Source: an uncultured Mycoplasmatota bacterium
GTDB taxonomy: Bacteria > Bacillota_I > Bacilli_A > RF39 > UBA660
Length of the DNA stretch: 64,000 bases
NCBI GenBank assembly: GCA_946402735.1
Contig: CAMIXH010000002.1
Span: forward strand, 29,080 to 93,079
Direction of reading: 5' to 3'
Shown: positions 1 through 10,806 of the stretch, one piece after another
Layout of the letters: each line of letters opens with the position of its first letter
Numbering within the stretch: the first letter of the stretch is position 1
Translations under genes and position numbers: made by a program
The notes under the pieces: model-generated
Databases searched by the model: none
What the model was told of the DNA's origin: nothing
The model's input: only the letters and a program-made list of their open reading frames with translations

Positions 1-373
1 CTCTAACTAATATTCTTCCACCAAATGCTCCTGGATTATCTAAACTAAGTCCAATAGCATCTTCCCATGTATGAGGACATATTTGATATTCTTTATTCTT
101 ACAATATTCACACTTTAAACATGGTGAGATTGGTAATGCTGTTACTCTTTGTCCTGGTTTAAATTCTTTACTTCCACCATTATCTAAAACAATACCACTA
201 AATTCATGACCCATTACTAGTCCCTTAGGACCACCACTTACAAAGTAATGTAAATCAGATCCACATATTCCAGCTTTAATTACATCAATTAGAATATATC
301 CTTTTTTACCTACTTTTGGTTCTCTATTTCTTACAACTAAACTCTTAGGTCCATTAATCTCAACACATTTCAT
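1..373 (-). CDS. Zn-dependent alcohol dehydrogenase (MDR family), N-terminal part. The C-terminal part lies beyond the window edge.
   Basis: Own reverse-strand translation from the ATG at 373-371 gives MKCVEINGPKSLVVRNREPKVGKKGYILIDVIKAGICGSDLHYFVSGG..GHEFSGIV..CLKCEYCKNKEYQIC. It has the GHE catalytic-Zn motif and a CxxCxxCx7C structural-Zn cluster. It is absent from the ORF track because it runs off the edge. Confidence 0.75.
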   Translation of the reverse strand, partial: MKCVEINGPKSLVVRNREPKVGKKGYILIDVIKAGICGSDLHYFVSGGPKGLVMGHEFSGIVLDNGGSKEFKPGQRVTALPISPCLKCEYCKNKEYQICPHTWEDAIGLSLDNPGAFGGRILVR

Positions 374-414
374 ATACTCACCCTCTTCTATTCCTATTAT
401 AGATTTTATCATAA

Positions 415-447
415 ACAAATAAAAAATGCATTATTTAAAATGCATTT
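415..447 (-). terminator. Rho-independent terminator after rubrerythrin
   Basis: The 9-bp stem AAATGCATT/AATGCATTT (424-432 / 439-447) overlaps the stop codon. A T-rich run follows on the minus strand. Confidence 0.65.
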
Positions 448-989
448 TACAAATAATTCTCAGCTTTTACTTCCATGAAGCTCTCTGGATGTTTACAAAC
501 AGGACATACTTTTAATGCCTTTTTACCTACATAAACATGTCCACAGTTTCTACAAATCCAAACTTTTTCTTCACCTTTTTCAAATACTAAATTATTTTCA
601 ATATTATCAACTAATTTCATGTATCTTTCTTCATGATGTTTTTCAATAGCACCAACTCCATCAAATAAAGCAGCTATTTCTTTAAATCCTTCTTCTCTAG
701 CAGTTTCTGCAAATTCTTTATACATACTAGTCCATTCATCATGTTCTCCACTAGCAGCATCTTTTAAATTAGTAAGTGTATCTGGTACATCTCCATCATG
801 TAAATATTTAAACCATAATTTAGCATGTTCTTTTTCATTATTAGCTGTTTCTTCAAATATAGCAGCTATTTGTTCATAACCTTCTTTTCTTGCTTTTGAA
901 GCATAATAAGTATATTTATTTCTAGCTTGACTTTCTCCTGCAAATGCAGTCATTAAATTTTGTTCAGTTTTACTACCTTTTAATTCCAT
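447..989 (-). CDS. rbr: Rubrerythrin
   Basis: The N-terminal ferritin-like four-helix domain has ExxH motifs ([18 protein letters not shown]). The C-terminal rubredoxin-like part has CRNCG..CPVC. Confidence 0.9.
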   Translation of the reverse strand: MELKGSKTEQNLMTAFAGESQARNKYTYYASKARKEGYEQIAAIFEETANNEKEHAKLWFKYLHDGDVPDTLTNLKDAASGEHDEWTSMYKEFAETAREEGFKEIAALFDGVGAIEKHHEERYMKLVDNIENNLVFEKGEEKVWICRNCGHVYVGKKALKVCPVCKHPESFMEVKAENYL

Positions 990-1004
990 AAAATAATCTC
1001 CTTT

Positions 1005-1030
1005 TCTATAAAAATTATATCATTTATAGA
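1005..1030 (-). promoter_or_regulatory. Inverted repeat bracketing an extended -10 upstream of rbr (candidate peroxide/metal-regulator operator)
   Basis: The arms TCTATAAA (1005-1012) and TTTATAGA (1023-1030) are perfect 8-bp complements. On the minus strand the loop contains TGATATAAT (-10 hexamer at 1014-1019). The GGAG RBS and the rbr ATG follow directly. Confidence 0.4.
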
Positions 1031-1105
1031 ATGTATACACAATATTAATTTATTTACTACTTATACTCATTATGTTAAAATATACATAGAATAGGAAGTG
1101 GTATT

Positions 1106-3067
1106 ATGGATGAAGATACTAAAGACTATACTGAATTAGATTTAAGTAATGTTACAGAAGAAATAAATGACACTAAAGAAATAACTACTAATAATCTAAA
1201 AACAGTCACTGAACAAGTAAAAGAAATAAAAGAAAGTGAAATAAATAATAAAATAGATGAAATAAAAGAAGAACAAAATAATAATAAAAAACTAAGTAAA
1301 ACACTAATTATTTTAATTGTTATTTTCTCTATTCTATTTATATTATTAATATGCTATTTAGTATTTTTTAGAAAAAGTGATAATCCAAGTGATAATCCAA
1401 TAGATAATCCTTTAATTGTAAGACCTAGTGAAGATCTAGAATATACAATTCTAAAAGATAGTAATATATTCTTAGTATGTAATAAAGATGAACATGGTGA
1501 AAAAATAACTACTCTTAAAAAAGGATTAAAAATAGATTGTATATTAAAAATAAATACTAAAGAAAATATTAAAGAATTATATTTTGATTTAGATAATAGT
1601 TCAAACTTGCAATTAGTTAGTTGGGATAATGATACAGGATTAGATTTAACAAATGAAAAAAGTACTTTCTTATTATCATCAACTACTACATTTAACGAAT
1701 TAAATGATAATTTAGTATTTAGATATGTAGTAAATGATATAAGTGAAAAAACTGGTTATGCAGAAATAAAAAATATTGTATTTAAAGATAATCAAGATAC
1801 ATATTATAAGATGACAAATAATATATTTGCATTCCCACCAGAATATAATGACAAAATATTTATTTATAAACAAACTAACGGTGAAGATACAACATATATT
1901 GGTAGTAAAACTACTCTTAATGGAGAAGAAAATATAGAACTAATTGATACATATAAATGTACTAGTGAAGATTGTGAAGTAAAAAATAATTTCAAAAGTA
2001 ATTTCATTATTTATGATAATAATAAACTACTAGTATATGATGTACTTCTAAGAGTAAAACAAACTATTAATATTACTGAAGATAAATTTGATTATTCTAA
2101 ATATGAATATGAAGCTGTATCAAATAAAGCAGGTGAATTAATTGGCATATTATTTAAAAGTGATTATGTAAGTAATTTAGATTGTACTATAGTACCAGAT
2201 ACATGTATTGAAAAATCTATTTCAGGTTATAAAAATAGTTACTATTCACTAACTAAAAATATGTTTACTATCGCACTTGATTATGGATTTGTTGGTGCTA
2301 ATGTATATACTGATTATGATAAAGCATTATTACTTTCAAAAGATAATAAATATGGAGTCTTCTCATATGATGATGATGCTATGATATTAGAACTATCAAA
2401 GAATTATACATCTATAGAATATGATTCAAAATTAGATACTATTAAACTTGGTATGTATGATAAAGATAATAAAATTTATTATTATAAATATTATAATGTT
2501 GATGAAAATAAATTTAAGATTAATATAACAAATAAAAATGTTAAAACACTTAACAATTCAAAAGTAATATATTATGTAGAAGAAATAAATAAACAAGGTA
2601 AAAAAATATATTCACTATTTAATTCTAAAGGTGAACAATTAATAGATTTACCATATGTAACAGATTTAAATATTGAAATAATTAATAATACAATAGCTGT
2701 TAAAAAAGATGATGTTTATAACTTATATGATCTAAATGGTAACTTTAGTGAAACATCAGAATATGTTCAAAGTGGATTAAAAGTATTAAAAACAACTACT
2801 TCATATTTCCTAGCAACAGATGTAGATAATAACCTAGTAATTACAAATAATATTGGTAAAACAATCACTTCTATTATTCCATCTGAAAATGTTGAAGAAA
2901 TATATGATATAGATACTATGAACATAGTTAAGTTTGAAGAAAAGAATTCAGAATTAGAAATAATAATTACAAATTATAATATTACTGTTGAAGATAAAAA
3001 TGCTTATAAATTTAAAATGGATTCTAAAGGAAAAGTTACTCTAGAATACATAAGTTATGATGAATAA
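1106..3067 (+). CDS. Hypothetical membrane-anchored protein: acidic N-terminal tail, one TM, large Asn/Lys-rich extracytoplasmic region
   Basis: 653-aa ORF. It has a TM segment (LIILIVIFSILFILLICYLVFF) followed by SDNPSDNPIDNP. No recognisable catalytic motif. Confidence 0.7.
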   Translation: MDEDTKDYTELDLSNVTEEINDTKEITTNNLKTVTEQVKEIKESEINNKIDEIKEEQNNNKKLSKTLIILIVIFSILFILLICYLVFFRKSDNPSDNPIDNPLIVRPSEDLEYTILKDSNIFLVCNKDEHGEKITTLKKGLKIDCILKINTKENIKELYFDLDNSSNLQLVSWDNDTGLDLTNEKSTFLLSSTTTFNELNDNLVFRYVVNDISEKTGYAEIKNIVFKDNQDTYYKMTNNIFAFPPEYNDKIFIYKQTNGEDTTYIGSKTTLNGEENIELIDTYKCTSEDCEVKNNFKSNFIIYDNNKLLVYDVLLRVKQTINITEDKFDYSKYEYEAVSNKAGELIGILFKSDYVSNLDCTIVPDTCIEKSISGYKNSYYSLTKNMFTIALDYGFVGANVYTDYDKALLLSKDNKYGVFSYDDDAMILELSKNYTSIEYDSKLDTIKLGMYDKDNKIYYYKYYNVDENKFKINITNKNVKTLNNSKVIYYVEEINKQGKKIYSLFNSKGEQLIDLPYVTDLNIEIINNTIAVKKDDVYNLYDLNGNFSETSEYVQSGLKVLKTTTSYFLATDVDNNLVITNNIGKTITSIIPSENVEEIYDIDTMNIVKFEEKNSELEIIITNYNITVEDKNAYKFKMDSKGKVTLEYISYDE

Positions 3068-3096
3068 AAAAAGTGGAAATTAATTCCACTTTTTTA
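3066..3096. terminator. Bidirectional rho-independent terminator between convergent genes
   Basis: AAAAAAGTGGAA-loop-TTCCACTTTTTT: an 8-bp stem flanked by an A-run and a T-run. Confidence 0.8.
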
Positions 3097-3097
3097 A

Positions 3098-3643
3098 TTA
3101 CATTTTTGTTACTTGAATTAAATCCACTTCAACAGGTGTTTCTTGTCCAAATAGGTCGATAAGAACAGTAAGTTTTTCATTTTCCTTATCTTGACTTTCA
3201 ATTTTACCAGACATACCTTTGAATGGCCCATCTATAATTGAAACATTATCTCCTACTTCAACATCAGTATTAATTGGTTTAACTGTTTCTTGTCCATCAC
3301 CAATAAACTTCTTAACTTCTTCTGGTGACAAAGGAATTGGTTTAGCTCCTTTACCAGATGATCCGATAAATCCAGTTACACCAGGTGTATTACGAACAAC
3401 ATACCATGCTTCATCACTCATAACCATTTCGATTAAAACATAACCTGGGAACATTTTACGAGTTTTTTCTTTTTTAACTCCATCTTTAATCTCAACTTCA
3501 GTTCTTTCTGGAATAATAACTCTAAAGATATTATTTTCCATTCCCATACTTTCACGTCTTGATTCAAGATAATCTTTTACCTTTTGTTCATGTCCTGAGT
3601 ATGCATTAACAACATACCATAATTTCTTACTCTCTTCTTCCAT
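3098..3643 (-). CDS. nusG: Transcription termination/antitermination factor NusG
   Basis: The NGN domain reads WYVVNAYSGHEQKV...GYVLIEM. The C-terminal KOW reads GDNVSIIDGPFKGMSGKI. It sits in the classic secE-nusG pair. Confidence 0.92.
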   Translation of the reverse strand: MEEESKKLWYVVNAYSGHEQKVKDYLESRRESMGMENNIFRVIIPERTEVEIKDGVKKEKTRKMFPGYVLIEMVMSDEAWYVVRNTPGVTGFIGSSGKGAKPIPLSPEEVKKFIGDGQETVKPINTDVEVGDNVSIIDGPFKGMSGKIESQDKENEKLTVLIDLFGQETPVEVDLIQVTKM

Positions 3644-3819
3644 TATAATAGCCCCCTTATTAATGAGAATATTGCGTCTAATAAATAAAAGAACAATCCA
3701 AAGAAAATAATCATTAATATAGTAATTACAGAGTAATTAACTAATGTCTTTCCATCTGGCCATCTAACTGTCTTGCCTTCCTTTTTAACTCCTTTAAAGA
3801 AGCCTTTCAATTTCTTCAC
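3643..3819 (-). CDS. secE: Preprotein translocase subunit SecE
   Basis: Small single-TM protein immediately upstream of nusG. I moved the start to the internal GTG at 3819 because GGAGGG sits 7 nt upstream of it. The track start at 3843 is itself a GTG with no spaced RBS. Confidence 0.75.
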   Translation of the reverse strand: MKKLKGFFKGVKKEGKTVRWPDGKTLVNYSVITILMIIFFGLFFYLLDAIFSLIRGLL

Positions 3820-3907
3820 AAAAATCCCTCCAAAAAAAAACACCTTTCGTGTAATTAGAATATATCATATAAATCTAATAATTTCAAGTGTTTTTAAAAA
3901 GAAATGA

Positions 3908-4336
3908 TTAATAATTAATCATTTCTCTTCTTTTCATATCTTTCTCTTTCAAACTCTCTCTTTTATCATAAAGTTTCTTACCTTGACATACACCAAGTTC
4001 TATTTTAACTTTATTCTTTTTAAAATATAGTTTTAATGGAATTAATGTATATCTTTGAGTAGTAATTGTATGTTCTAATTTAATTATTTCATCTTTATGT
4101 AAAAGTAGTTTTCTTTCTCTTCTTTCATCATGATTAAATCTATTGCCTTCTTCATATTTAGCAATATACATATTAGTTAAAAATACTTCATAGTTTTTAA
4201 TTCTTGCATATGAATCATCTATATTAACAGAACCTTTTCTAATACTTTTAATTTCAGTACCTTTTAGTTCTATTCCTACTTCCATAGTATCTTTAACAAA
4301 ATAATCATGATATGCTTTTCTATTTAATACTTCCAT
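3908..4336 (-). CDS. smpB: SsrA-binding protein SmpB
   Basis: Contains [16 protein letters not shown].....LL.. and is of typical SmpB length. The hairpin GAAATGATTAAT/ATTAATCATTTC plus a T-run overlaps its stop. Confidence 0.9.
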   Translation of the reverse strand: MEVLNRKAYHDYFVKDTMEVGIELKGTEIKSIRKGSVNIDDSYARIKNYEVFLTNMYIAKYEEGNRFNHDERRERKLLLHKDEIIKLEHTITTQRYTLIPLKLYFKKNKVKIELGVCQGKKLYDKRESLKEKDMKRREMINY

Positions 4337-4337
4337 A

Positions 4338-6704
4338 TTATAACTTCCTTATTAAAGCAAAGTCTACTTCTCTTCTTTCTGGATATGCTCCAATACATGA
4401 AACAAGTACTCTATCTCCAAATCTTAAATACATTCTTCCATTTCTATCATATCCAAACATCTTCTCATTATAATTATAGAAACCAGAGAATAGTCTCTTA
4501 TTCTTTTCAATAAATATACTAGCTTCTTCTGGATCAGTAATTTCCATTAATTCTTTTGCTTGATCCTCTTCTAAAAAGAAGTCTACTCTACCATCAATAA
4601 AATTATCTGTTCTAACAAAGAATCCACTTGGCAATAATCCATCAACAGTTGCTTCAAATTGAGTACCAAGTTTATCTTCTAAGAATGTTGCATTAAAGAA
4701 ATCATCTACTGCTCTTTCACAATCTTCTGCTTCAACTTCACATTCGCTTATATGATCACAAACATTATCTAAATAATCTCCCCAATATTTTAATGTTGCT
4801 GCATCATGATTTTCTTCTTTAATAAATACTTTATATATTGTATGAACTAATAAATCAGCCATTCTTCTAATAGGAGAAGTATAGTGACAATAATGATCAC
4901 TAGCTACTCCAAAGTGTCCAAAGTTTTCATGTGTATATCTAGCTTTTTGCATACAACGAAGTAGTTTTTGAGAGAATGCACTAAAATATGTTCTATCTTT
5001 TAGAGCATCTAATATATTAGCTACATCTCTACTTGTTACATTTTCTGGATCTATTTTAAATGGTAATACTACTCCATATGCACTTAACATATCCATAAAC
5101 TCTTCAATCTTTTTAGGATTTGGATCACCGTGTGTTCTGAATACAAAAGGAATCATATTAGAAGTTATCTCTCTTAACTTCTCTGTCATATAAAGAGTAA
5201 ATGCTTCATTAGCATAAATCATCTTGTTTTCAATTAATCTTTCTGCTTCTCTTTGTACTCTTGGAACTATATCAATAACATTATCATTTTCATCAAATAT
5301 ATGTTTACATTCATGACCATCAAAATCAAGTTTACCTCTTCTTTTTAAAGCATCTCCTTGTATTTTAGATGTTATATAGTAATTCTTAACTACTCTTCTA
5401 GTTGGAATATTAACTTCATGTCCAGATTTAAAGTCTTCTGGTTTATTATATTCTAATAATTCTTCGACAGTTGTCATGAATTTAAATGCTATATCATCAA
5501 TAGTTTCACCATCTTTAACTGTATATTTTAAAACAGTATAATCTTTTGTATCTTCAGTTTCTTTATTTTCAATAATATCTTGTACAGCATCATAATTCAT
5601 TTTCTTTTTAGATTTAATTACTGCCATAAATACATCTGGATTAATAACTCTACCAGCATGATCAAGTTCATATCTAACTACTAAAGAAAATCTGTCTTCA
5701 TTTGGATTCAATGAACAAATGCCATTAGAAAGTTCTACTGGTAACATTGGACCAACTTTATTTCCTAAATAATCTGAATTACCTTTTAGTTCGGCAAATT
5801 TCCAAATTGCACTACCCATTTTTACATAATGAGAAACATCAGCTATTGCTACAGTTTCTTCATAATTACCATTTGGTAGCATTATAGTATTAACAGCATC
5901 GTCTATATCTTTTGTATCTTTTCCATCGATAGTACAAATAGTTTCTCCTCTTAAATCTACTCTACCATCTTTTAGACCTTCTTCTACTTCTTCTGGAGTT
6001 AGAGATGTTTTAAACTTTTTAGCTTCATCTAATACATCTTGTGGAAAATCTAATCTTCTTCCAAACTCACTAGCTATCAAAGCTATATCAGAAGTTCTAC
6101 CTGGAGCATTCTTATGACAAATAATACTATCAATGCTAGCGCGTACTCTATGTTTATCTATTATTTCTTTAAAAGCTAAATGTACATATAATCCATCTAC
6201 TAAATTTAAGCTTGGATCTATATCTACTATTACTTCATAAGGTAATGATTCATCTAAAGATTTTACATATAAATGACCATTATCATTAATAACTTCACCT
6301 ACACCTCTTCCAAGTGAACGGTTAATTATTTTAACAATTCTTCCTTCTCTTTTATTCTTATCAGTTATTTCTATTTCTACTATATCGTTATCACATGCAT
6401 CTTTTATACTATCTCTTGGAATAAAAATATCTTCACTTTCTCCTTCTAAAATAACATGTGCATTTCCTTTTTCATGAAGATCTACTTTTCCAATAAACAA
6501 TTCATTTAAAACATAAGTACCTTTAGTACTTGTTCTTAAAATACCATCTCTACACATTAAATCGAGTTCATGTATTAATTCTCTTAATTCTTTAGCAGAA
6601 CCAACTACATTTCCTTTTAATTTATCCATTATTTCTATAGGTGTTAATCTTCTATTTTCTCTTTTTATAATATTTAATATTTTCTCTCTCATAAAGTACC
6701 TCAC
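4338..6704 (-). CDS. rnr: Ribonuclease R (3'-5' exoribonuclease) with an extra LysM-like insert
   Basis: RNB-domain motifs are present ([26 protein letters not shown]), followed by a C-terminal S1-like region. The start may be the internal Met (MREKIL) at 6692. Confidence 0.9.
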   Translation of the reverse strand: MRYFMREKILNIIKRENRRLTPIEIMDKLKGNVVGSAKELRELIHELDLMCRDGILRTSTKGTYVLNELFIGKVDLHEKGNAHVILEGESEDIFIPRDSIKDACDNDIVEIEITDKNKREGRIVKIINRSLGRGVGEVINDNGHLYVKSLDESLPYEVIVDIDPSLNLVDGLYVHLAFKEIIDKHRVRASIDSIICHKNAPGRTSDIALIASEFGRRLDFPQDVLDEAKKFKTSLTPEEVEEGLKDGRVDLRGETICTIDGKDTKDIDDAVNTIMLPNGNYEETVAIADVSHYVKMGSAIWKFAELKGNSDYLGNKVGPMLPVELSNGICSLNPNEDRFSLVVRYELDHAGRVINPDVFMAVIKSKKKMNYDAVQDIIENKETEDTKDYTVLKYTVKDGETIDDIAFKFMTTVEELLEYNKPEDFKSGHEVNIPTRRVVKNYYITSKIQGDALKRRGKLDFDGHECKHIFDENDNVIDIVPRVQREAERLIENKMIYANEAFTLYMTEKLREITSNMIPFVFRTHGDPNPKKIEEFMDMLSAYGVVLPFKIDPENVTSRDVANILDALKDRTYFSAFSQKLLRCMQKARYTHENFGHFGVASDHYCHYTSPIRRMADLLVHTIYKVFIKEENHDAATLKYWGDYLDNVCDHISECEVEAEDCERAVDDFFNATFLEDKLGTQFEATVDGLLPSGFFVRTDNFIDGRVDFFLEEDQAKELMEITDPEEASIFIEKNKRLFSGFYNYNEKMFGYDRNGRMYLRFGDRVLVSCIGAYPERREVDFALIRKL

Positions 6705-6758
6705 GATATATTTATTTTAACATATAAATTAAAAAAGTTCATAACTTTTTATGAACTT

Positions 6759-6971
6759 TTATATTGATAATATAAATGAAATTACTATAAATGCAAAACC
6801 TAATCCATAAGTAATCATTGTTATTATTCTTTCAAGTCCTCTTTCTTTAGTTTTGCCAAGTAATACTGCATTACCTCCAGTAATAATTTGACTAGCATCA
6901 CTAGCTTTATTACTTTGTAGTAATACTAATATTATAATTAATATTGATATTACAATTAATAAAGTTTCCAT
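6759..6971 (-). CDS. secG: Preprotein translocase subunit SecG
   Basis: 70 aa with two TM segments and the LLQS.K....GG motif. It lies next to rnr/smpB, as in many Bacillota. Confidence 0.75.
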   Translation of the reverse strand: METLLIVISILIIILVLLQSNKASDASQIITGGNAVLLGKTKERGLERIITMITYGLGFAFIVISFILSI

Positions 6972-7024
6972 ATTCTTTCACCCTCGCTTTATGTATTATA
7001 CACTAAATAATTATTTTGTGCAAT

Positions 7025-8257
7025 TTATTTCTTATTTAATTCTTCTTCTATTTGTAATAGTCTATTATATTTACAAATTCTTTCTCCTCTTGATACTGAA
7101 CCAGCTTTAATAAATGGAATATTTAAAGCAACAGCTGCATCTACAATAAATGTATCTGTTGTTTCTCCACTTCTATGAGACATTATAGTTGTATATTTAT
7201 TCTTATGAGCAAGTACTATTGTTTCTAACATTTCATAGAATGTTCCAACTTGATTTGGTTTTATTAATATTGAATTACATAAATGATTATCTATTCCATG
7301 TTGTAATTCTTTTTTATTTGTAACAAATAAATCGTCCCCTACTATATTTAATCTAGATAATTTTTCTGTCATCATTCTAAATCCTTCATAATCATTTTCA
7401 CTAAAAGGATCTTCTATAGATATAATTGGATAATGTGAGCATAAATCTATATAGTAATCTAGAAGTTCTTCTCTTGATAATAATTTATCTTCTATTTTAT
7501 ATTTTTCGGTTTGTTCATTATAGAATGTTGAAGCAGCTATATCAAGTGCTAAGAAAACATTCTTACCTGGTACATATCCAGCAGTTTCTATTGCTTTAAT
7601 AATATAATTTAAAGCACTTTTATTATCACTTAAATTTGGAGCAAATCCTCCTTCATCACCAACTGATGTAGTTAAGGATTCATTATCTAATAGTTTCTTT
7701 AATGAATGAAATACTTCACTAGCACATCTAAGAGTTTCTTTAAATGATTCCATCTTAGGTACAATCATAAATTCTTGAATATCTAAATTATTTTTTGAAT
7801 GCATTCCTCCATTAATAATATTAAACATTACTTTTGGAATTCTTTTTTCTCTATTACTTAAATACTCATATAATGGTTTTTTAGCTTCATTAGCACTAGC
7901 TTTTAAACATGCAATACTTACACCTAATATAGCATTAGCACCCATCTTACTTTTATTTTCAGTGCCATCTAATTCTATCATAGCTTTATCAATTTCCATT
8001 TGATGAGATACTTCCATACCAACTATAGCATCTCTTAAAAATGTATTAACATTATCTACTGCATTTAAAACACCTTTACCATCATATCTATAGTCATTAT
8101 CTCTTAGTTCAAGTGCTTCTTTACTTCCAGTAGAAGCTCCAGATGGTACACTGAATACACCTTTATAACCTTTCTCAGTTGTTACTTCTACTTCAACAGT
8201 TGGGTATCCTCTAGAATCAAGAATTTCTCTTCCTTTAATTTCTACTATCTTACTCAT
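7025..8257 (-). CDS. eno: Enolase (phosphopyruvate hydratase)
   Basis: Begins SKIVEIKGREILDSRGYPTVEVEV and contains SHRSGETTDTFI and LLQIEEEL. The start is moved to the ATG at 8257 because a GGAGG RBS lies inside the longer track ORF. Confidence 0.95.
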   Translation of the reverse strand: MSKIVEIKGREILDSRGYPTVEVEVTTEKGYKGVFSVPSGASTGSKEALELRDNDYRYDGKGVLNAVDNVNTFLRDAIVGMEVSHQMEIDKAMIELDGTENKSKMGANAILGVSIACLKASANEAKKPLYEYLSNREKRIPKVMFNIINGGMHSKNNLDIQEFMIVPKMESFKETLRCASEVFHSLKKLLDNESLTTSVGDEGGFAPNLSDNKSALNYIIKAIETAGYVPGKNVFLALDIAASTFYNEQTEKYKIEDKLLSREELLDYYIDLCSHYPIISIEDPFSENDYEGFRMMTEKLSRLNIVGDDLFVTNKKELQHGIDNHLCNSILIKPNQVGTFYEMLETIVLAHKNKYTTIMSHRSGETTDTFIVDAAVALNIPFIKAGSVSRGERICKYNRLLQIEEELNKK

Positions 8258-8342
8258 GAGATCCTCCAAATATTTATATATACATTATACTATTTTTTTA
8301 ATATTTATGCTATAATGTTAATGATATTTAGGAGGTAAATAT

Positions 8343-9596
8343 ATGAAGATAAAAGAAATTGATGAGAAAACTTTTAGCGAATTTGCTAGTTCACATATGT
8401 TAAAAAACTTCTATCAAACCAGTGAATATGGTGCTTTGATGAATCATAGTGACTTTCAAGCAATGTATGTTGGAGGATATATAGATGATACTCTAGTAGC
8501 AGGTAGTTTAATACTTTATAAAACTATTAGTTTAAATATGAAATATGGATATGCTCCAAGAGGTTTTTTAGTAGATTATTATGATCATGAATTATTAGCA
8601 ACATTTACTAAAAAAATAAAAGATTTCTTTTTCAAAAAAAGTTTTGCTTTTATAAAAATCAATCCAGAAATAACATTTGCTCAAGTAGACTTCGATGAAA
8701 AAACAAAAGTTATTAATTCTAGAAACAGAGATTTAATACAAGAATTAAAAGAATTAGGATATGATAAATTAAAAGATAACTTATATTTTGAAAGTCTTCT
8801 TCCTAAATTTACACCAGTTATTTATTTACCTACTTATGATATTAGTAATCTAGATGAAGCAACGCAAAACAATATCAAAAATGATGAACTTAGTGGTTTA
8901 AGATTAATAAATGGTGATGAAAAAGATTTAGAAACATTCTATTCATTTATTGATGAAAAAGATAATAAAACATTAAACTATTATAAAGCATTTTATGATT
9001 CATTTAAGAAAAGCGATAAAGTTGATTTATTATTAGTAGAATTAAATTATGAAACATATGTTAAATATCTACAAAAACAAAATATTTATGAAAATGAAAA
9101 GAATGAAAAAATAAATAAAGAATTTAATGAAAATCCTAATAATCAAGATATATATAATCAAAAAATGAAATCTGATCAAGTAATGGCAAACATTGCTTCT
9201 GAAATAGTAAAAGCAAATGACAAAATGAATGATAAAGATTTAAGAGAAATATTAGGTGCTGCATTAGTTGTTAAACATGAAGGAAGAGTTACAATACTAA
9301 TTGGTGGCCAAAACAATACTCATGAAGAAATGGATGTTAAAACATTCTTATATTACAAGATTATTGAAGTATATAAGAAAGCTGGATATTTATACTTTGA
9401 TATGAATGGTATTACTGGAGATTATAGTGATACTAATCCATATAAAGATCTAAATGCATTTAAATTAAAGTTTAAACCAAAAGTATATGAATATATTGGA
9501 GAATTTGATTTAATTGTTAATAAACCATTCCATCAATTGTTATGGTCAACAAATCAAATTCAAAAAGAATTTTATAGACCTGCAGTTAAAAAGTAA
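8343..9596 (+). CDS. FemAB-family peptidoglycan interpeptide-bridge aminoacyltransferase
   Basis: 417 aa. The N-terminus (FLQS/YQTSEYG..) is Fem-like, and a central coiled-coil insert is flanked by two GNAT-like halves, as is typical of FemX/FemA/MurM. Confidence 0.75.
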   Translation: MKIKEIDEKTFSEFASSHMLKNFYQTSEYGALMNHSDFQAMYVGGYIDDTLVAGSLILYKTISLNMKYGYAPRGFLVDYYDHELLATFTKKIKDFFFKKSFAFIKINPEITFAQVDFDEKTKVINSRNRDLIQELKELGYDKLKDNLYFESLLPKFTPVIYLPTYDISNLDEATQNNIKNDELSGLRLINGDEKDLETFYSFIDEKDNKTLNYYKAFYDSFKKSDKVDLLLVELNYETYVKYLQKQNIYENEKNEKINKEFNENPNNQDIYNQKMKSDQVMANIASEIVKANDKMNDKDLREILGAALVVKHEGRVTILIGGQNNTHEEMDVKTFLYYKIIEVYKKAGYLYFDMNGITGDYSDTNPYKDLNAFKLKFKPKVYEYIGEFDLIVNKPFHQLLWSTNQIQKEFYRPAVKK

Positions 9597-9618
9597 GCAT
9601 TAAGCTTACTTTTTTATT

Positions 9619-10806
9619 TTAGAAATTAAACATTAACCATTCAGGTTTATATATCATTAAGAATCCAATTATTAACATTATTATTCCACCTATCAAATGA
9701 GAATACTTAGCATATTTATTTGATATAGCTTTTATTTCTAATGTCTTCATAGCAATAATAAATATAATAATATCATCTATTAAGAAGAATAATACATATA
9801 TTAATGAATATACTATTTTCATAGCATTACCTACTTCATTAATAGTAAGTATTTCACTAAACATAACTGGAAGTCCTAAAGAACATAATAGTTCAATAAT
9901 ATTAACACTAAATGCTAATAATACTACTCCAAGAAGAGCTAATATAAATGACTTTTCTTTTATTATTTTTTTAATTGCATTAATAATTCTTTTTCTATTA
10001 TTTGTATTTACTACTTCACATCCATCATCTTTAGATAATGACTTAACAAATCTTACTATAGATACTGTTCCAAATATCATAGCAATACATGCAATAGCTA
10101 CTCTAACATAAGTTATCTTATCTAAAAACTCTGCTAGATTTAACCATGATACTAAGAATAAGAAATATACTAGTGCACTTGCTACTAAGAATGTGATACC
10201 AAGAGCAAGTCTTCTTTTTTTATCATTTAAACCAAGTAACATAGATATTAAGAATAAAAGTATCCACATAGCACATGGATTAAATCCATCGACTAAGCCA
10301 ATAACAATCGCAGATAATATAATTGAAACATCTTTTATATTTTTACGACCTATAATTGGAATATCTATTTCACTCTCATCATATTCTACTTCTTCATTTC
10401 CATTATCTTCTACAAGTCCTAAGTATATTCCAACCGTATCTCTATATTCAACATGTGAATAAAAACTAATAACATTTTTAATTGTATCTGGACTCTTCTC
10501 TTCATTATATCCAGTTATTATTTTATTACCAATTATTAAATATGGAATACTATTAGAATTATCTTTTAATAAGTCATGTATTTCTTTATATAATTTAGCA
10601 TTATTTTCATTATGCCATACTTCATATTTATATAGTTTTAAATTATCATTCTTTTTAACATATGGATCTAAAAATTCAAGTAGTGCATGACAATGAGGAC
10701 ACTCTTCTCCATAAAACAAATACATATTTATTTCTTTATCTTTAGCAAATACCATTACTGGAATAAACAAAATAAAAACTAATAAAATGCTAATAAACTT
10801 CTTCAT
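9619..10806 (-). CDS. Thioredoxin-like domain fused to a CcdA/DsbD-type thiol-disulfide transporter
   Basis: After the signal/TM there is a CPHC motif. A polytopic region follows with a Cys in a TM segment (GFNPCAMWILLF), typical of CcdA/DsbD cores. Confidence 0.7.
   Translation of the reverse strand: MKKFISILLVFILFIPVMVFAKDKEINMYLFYGEECPHCHALLEFLDPYVKKNDNLKLYKYEVWHNENNAKLYKEIHDLLKDNSNSIPYLIIGNKIITGYNEEKSPDTIKNVISFYSHVEYRDTVGIYLGLVEDNGNEEVEYDESEIDIPIIGRKNIKDVSIILSAIVIGLVDGFNPCAMWILLFLISMLLGLNDKKRRLALGITFLVASALVYFLFLVSWLNLAEFLDKITYVRVAIACIAMIFGTVSIVRFVKSLSKDDGCEVVNTNNRKRIINAIKKIIKEKSFILALLGVVLLAFSVNIIELLCSLGLPVMFSEILTINEVGNAMKIVYSLIYVLFFLIDDIIIFIIAMKTLEIKAISNKYAKYSHLIGGIIMLIIGFLMIYKPEWLMFNF

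Noticed and set aside
3219-3443. A 74-aa plus-strand ORF.
   Set aside because: It is fully antisense to the conserved nusG coding sequence.
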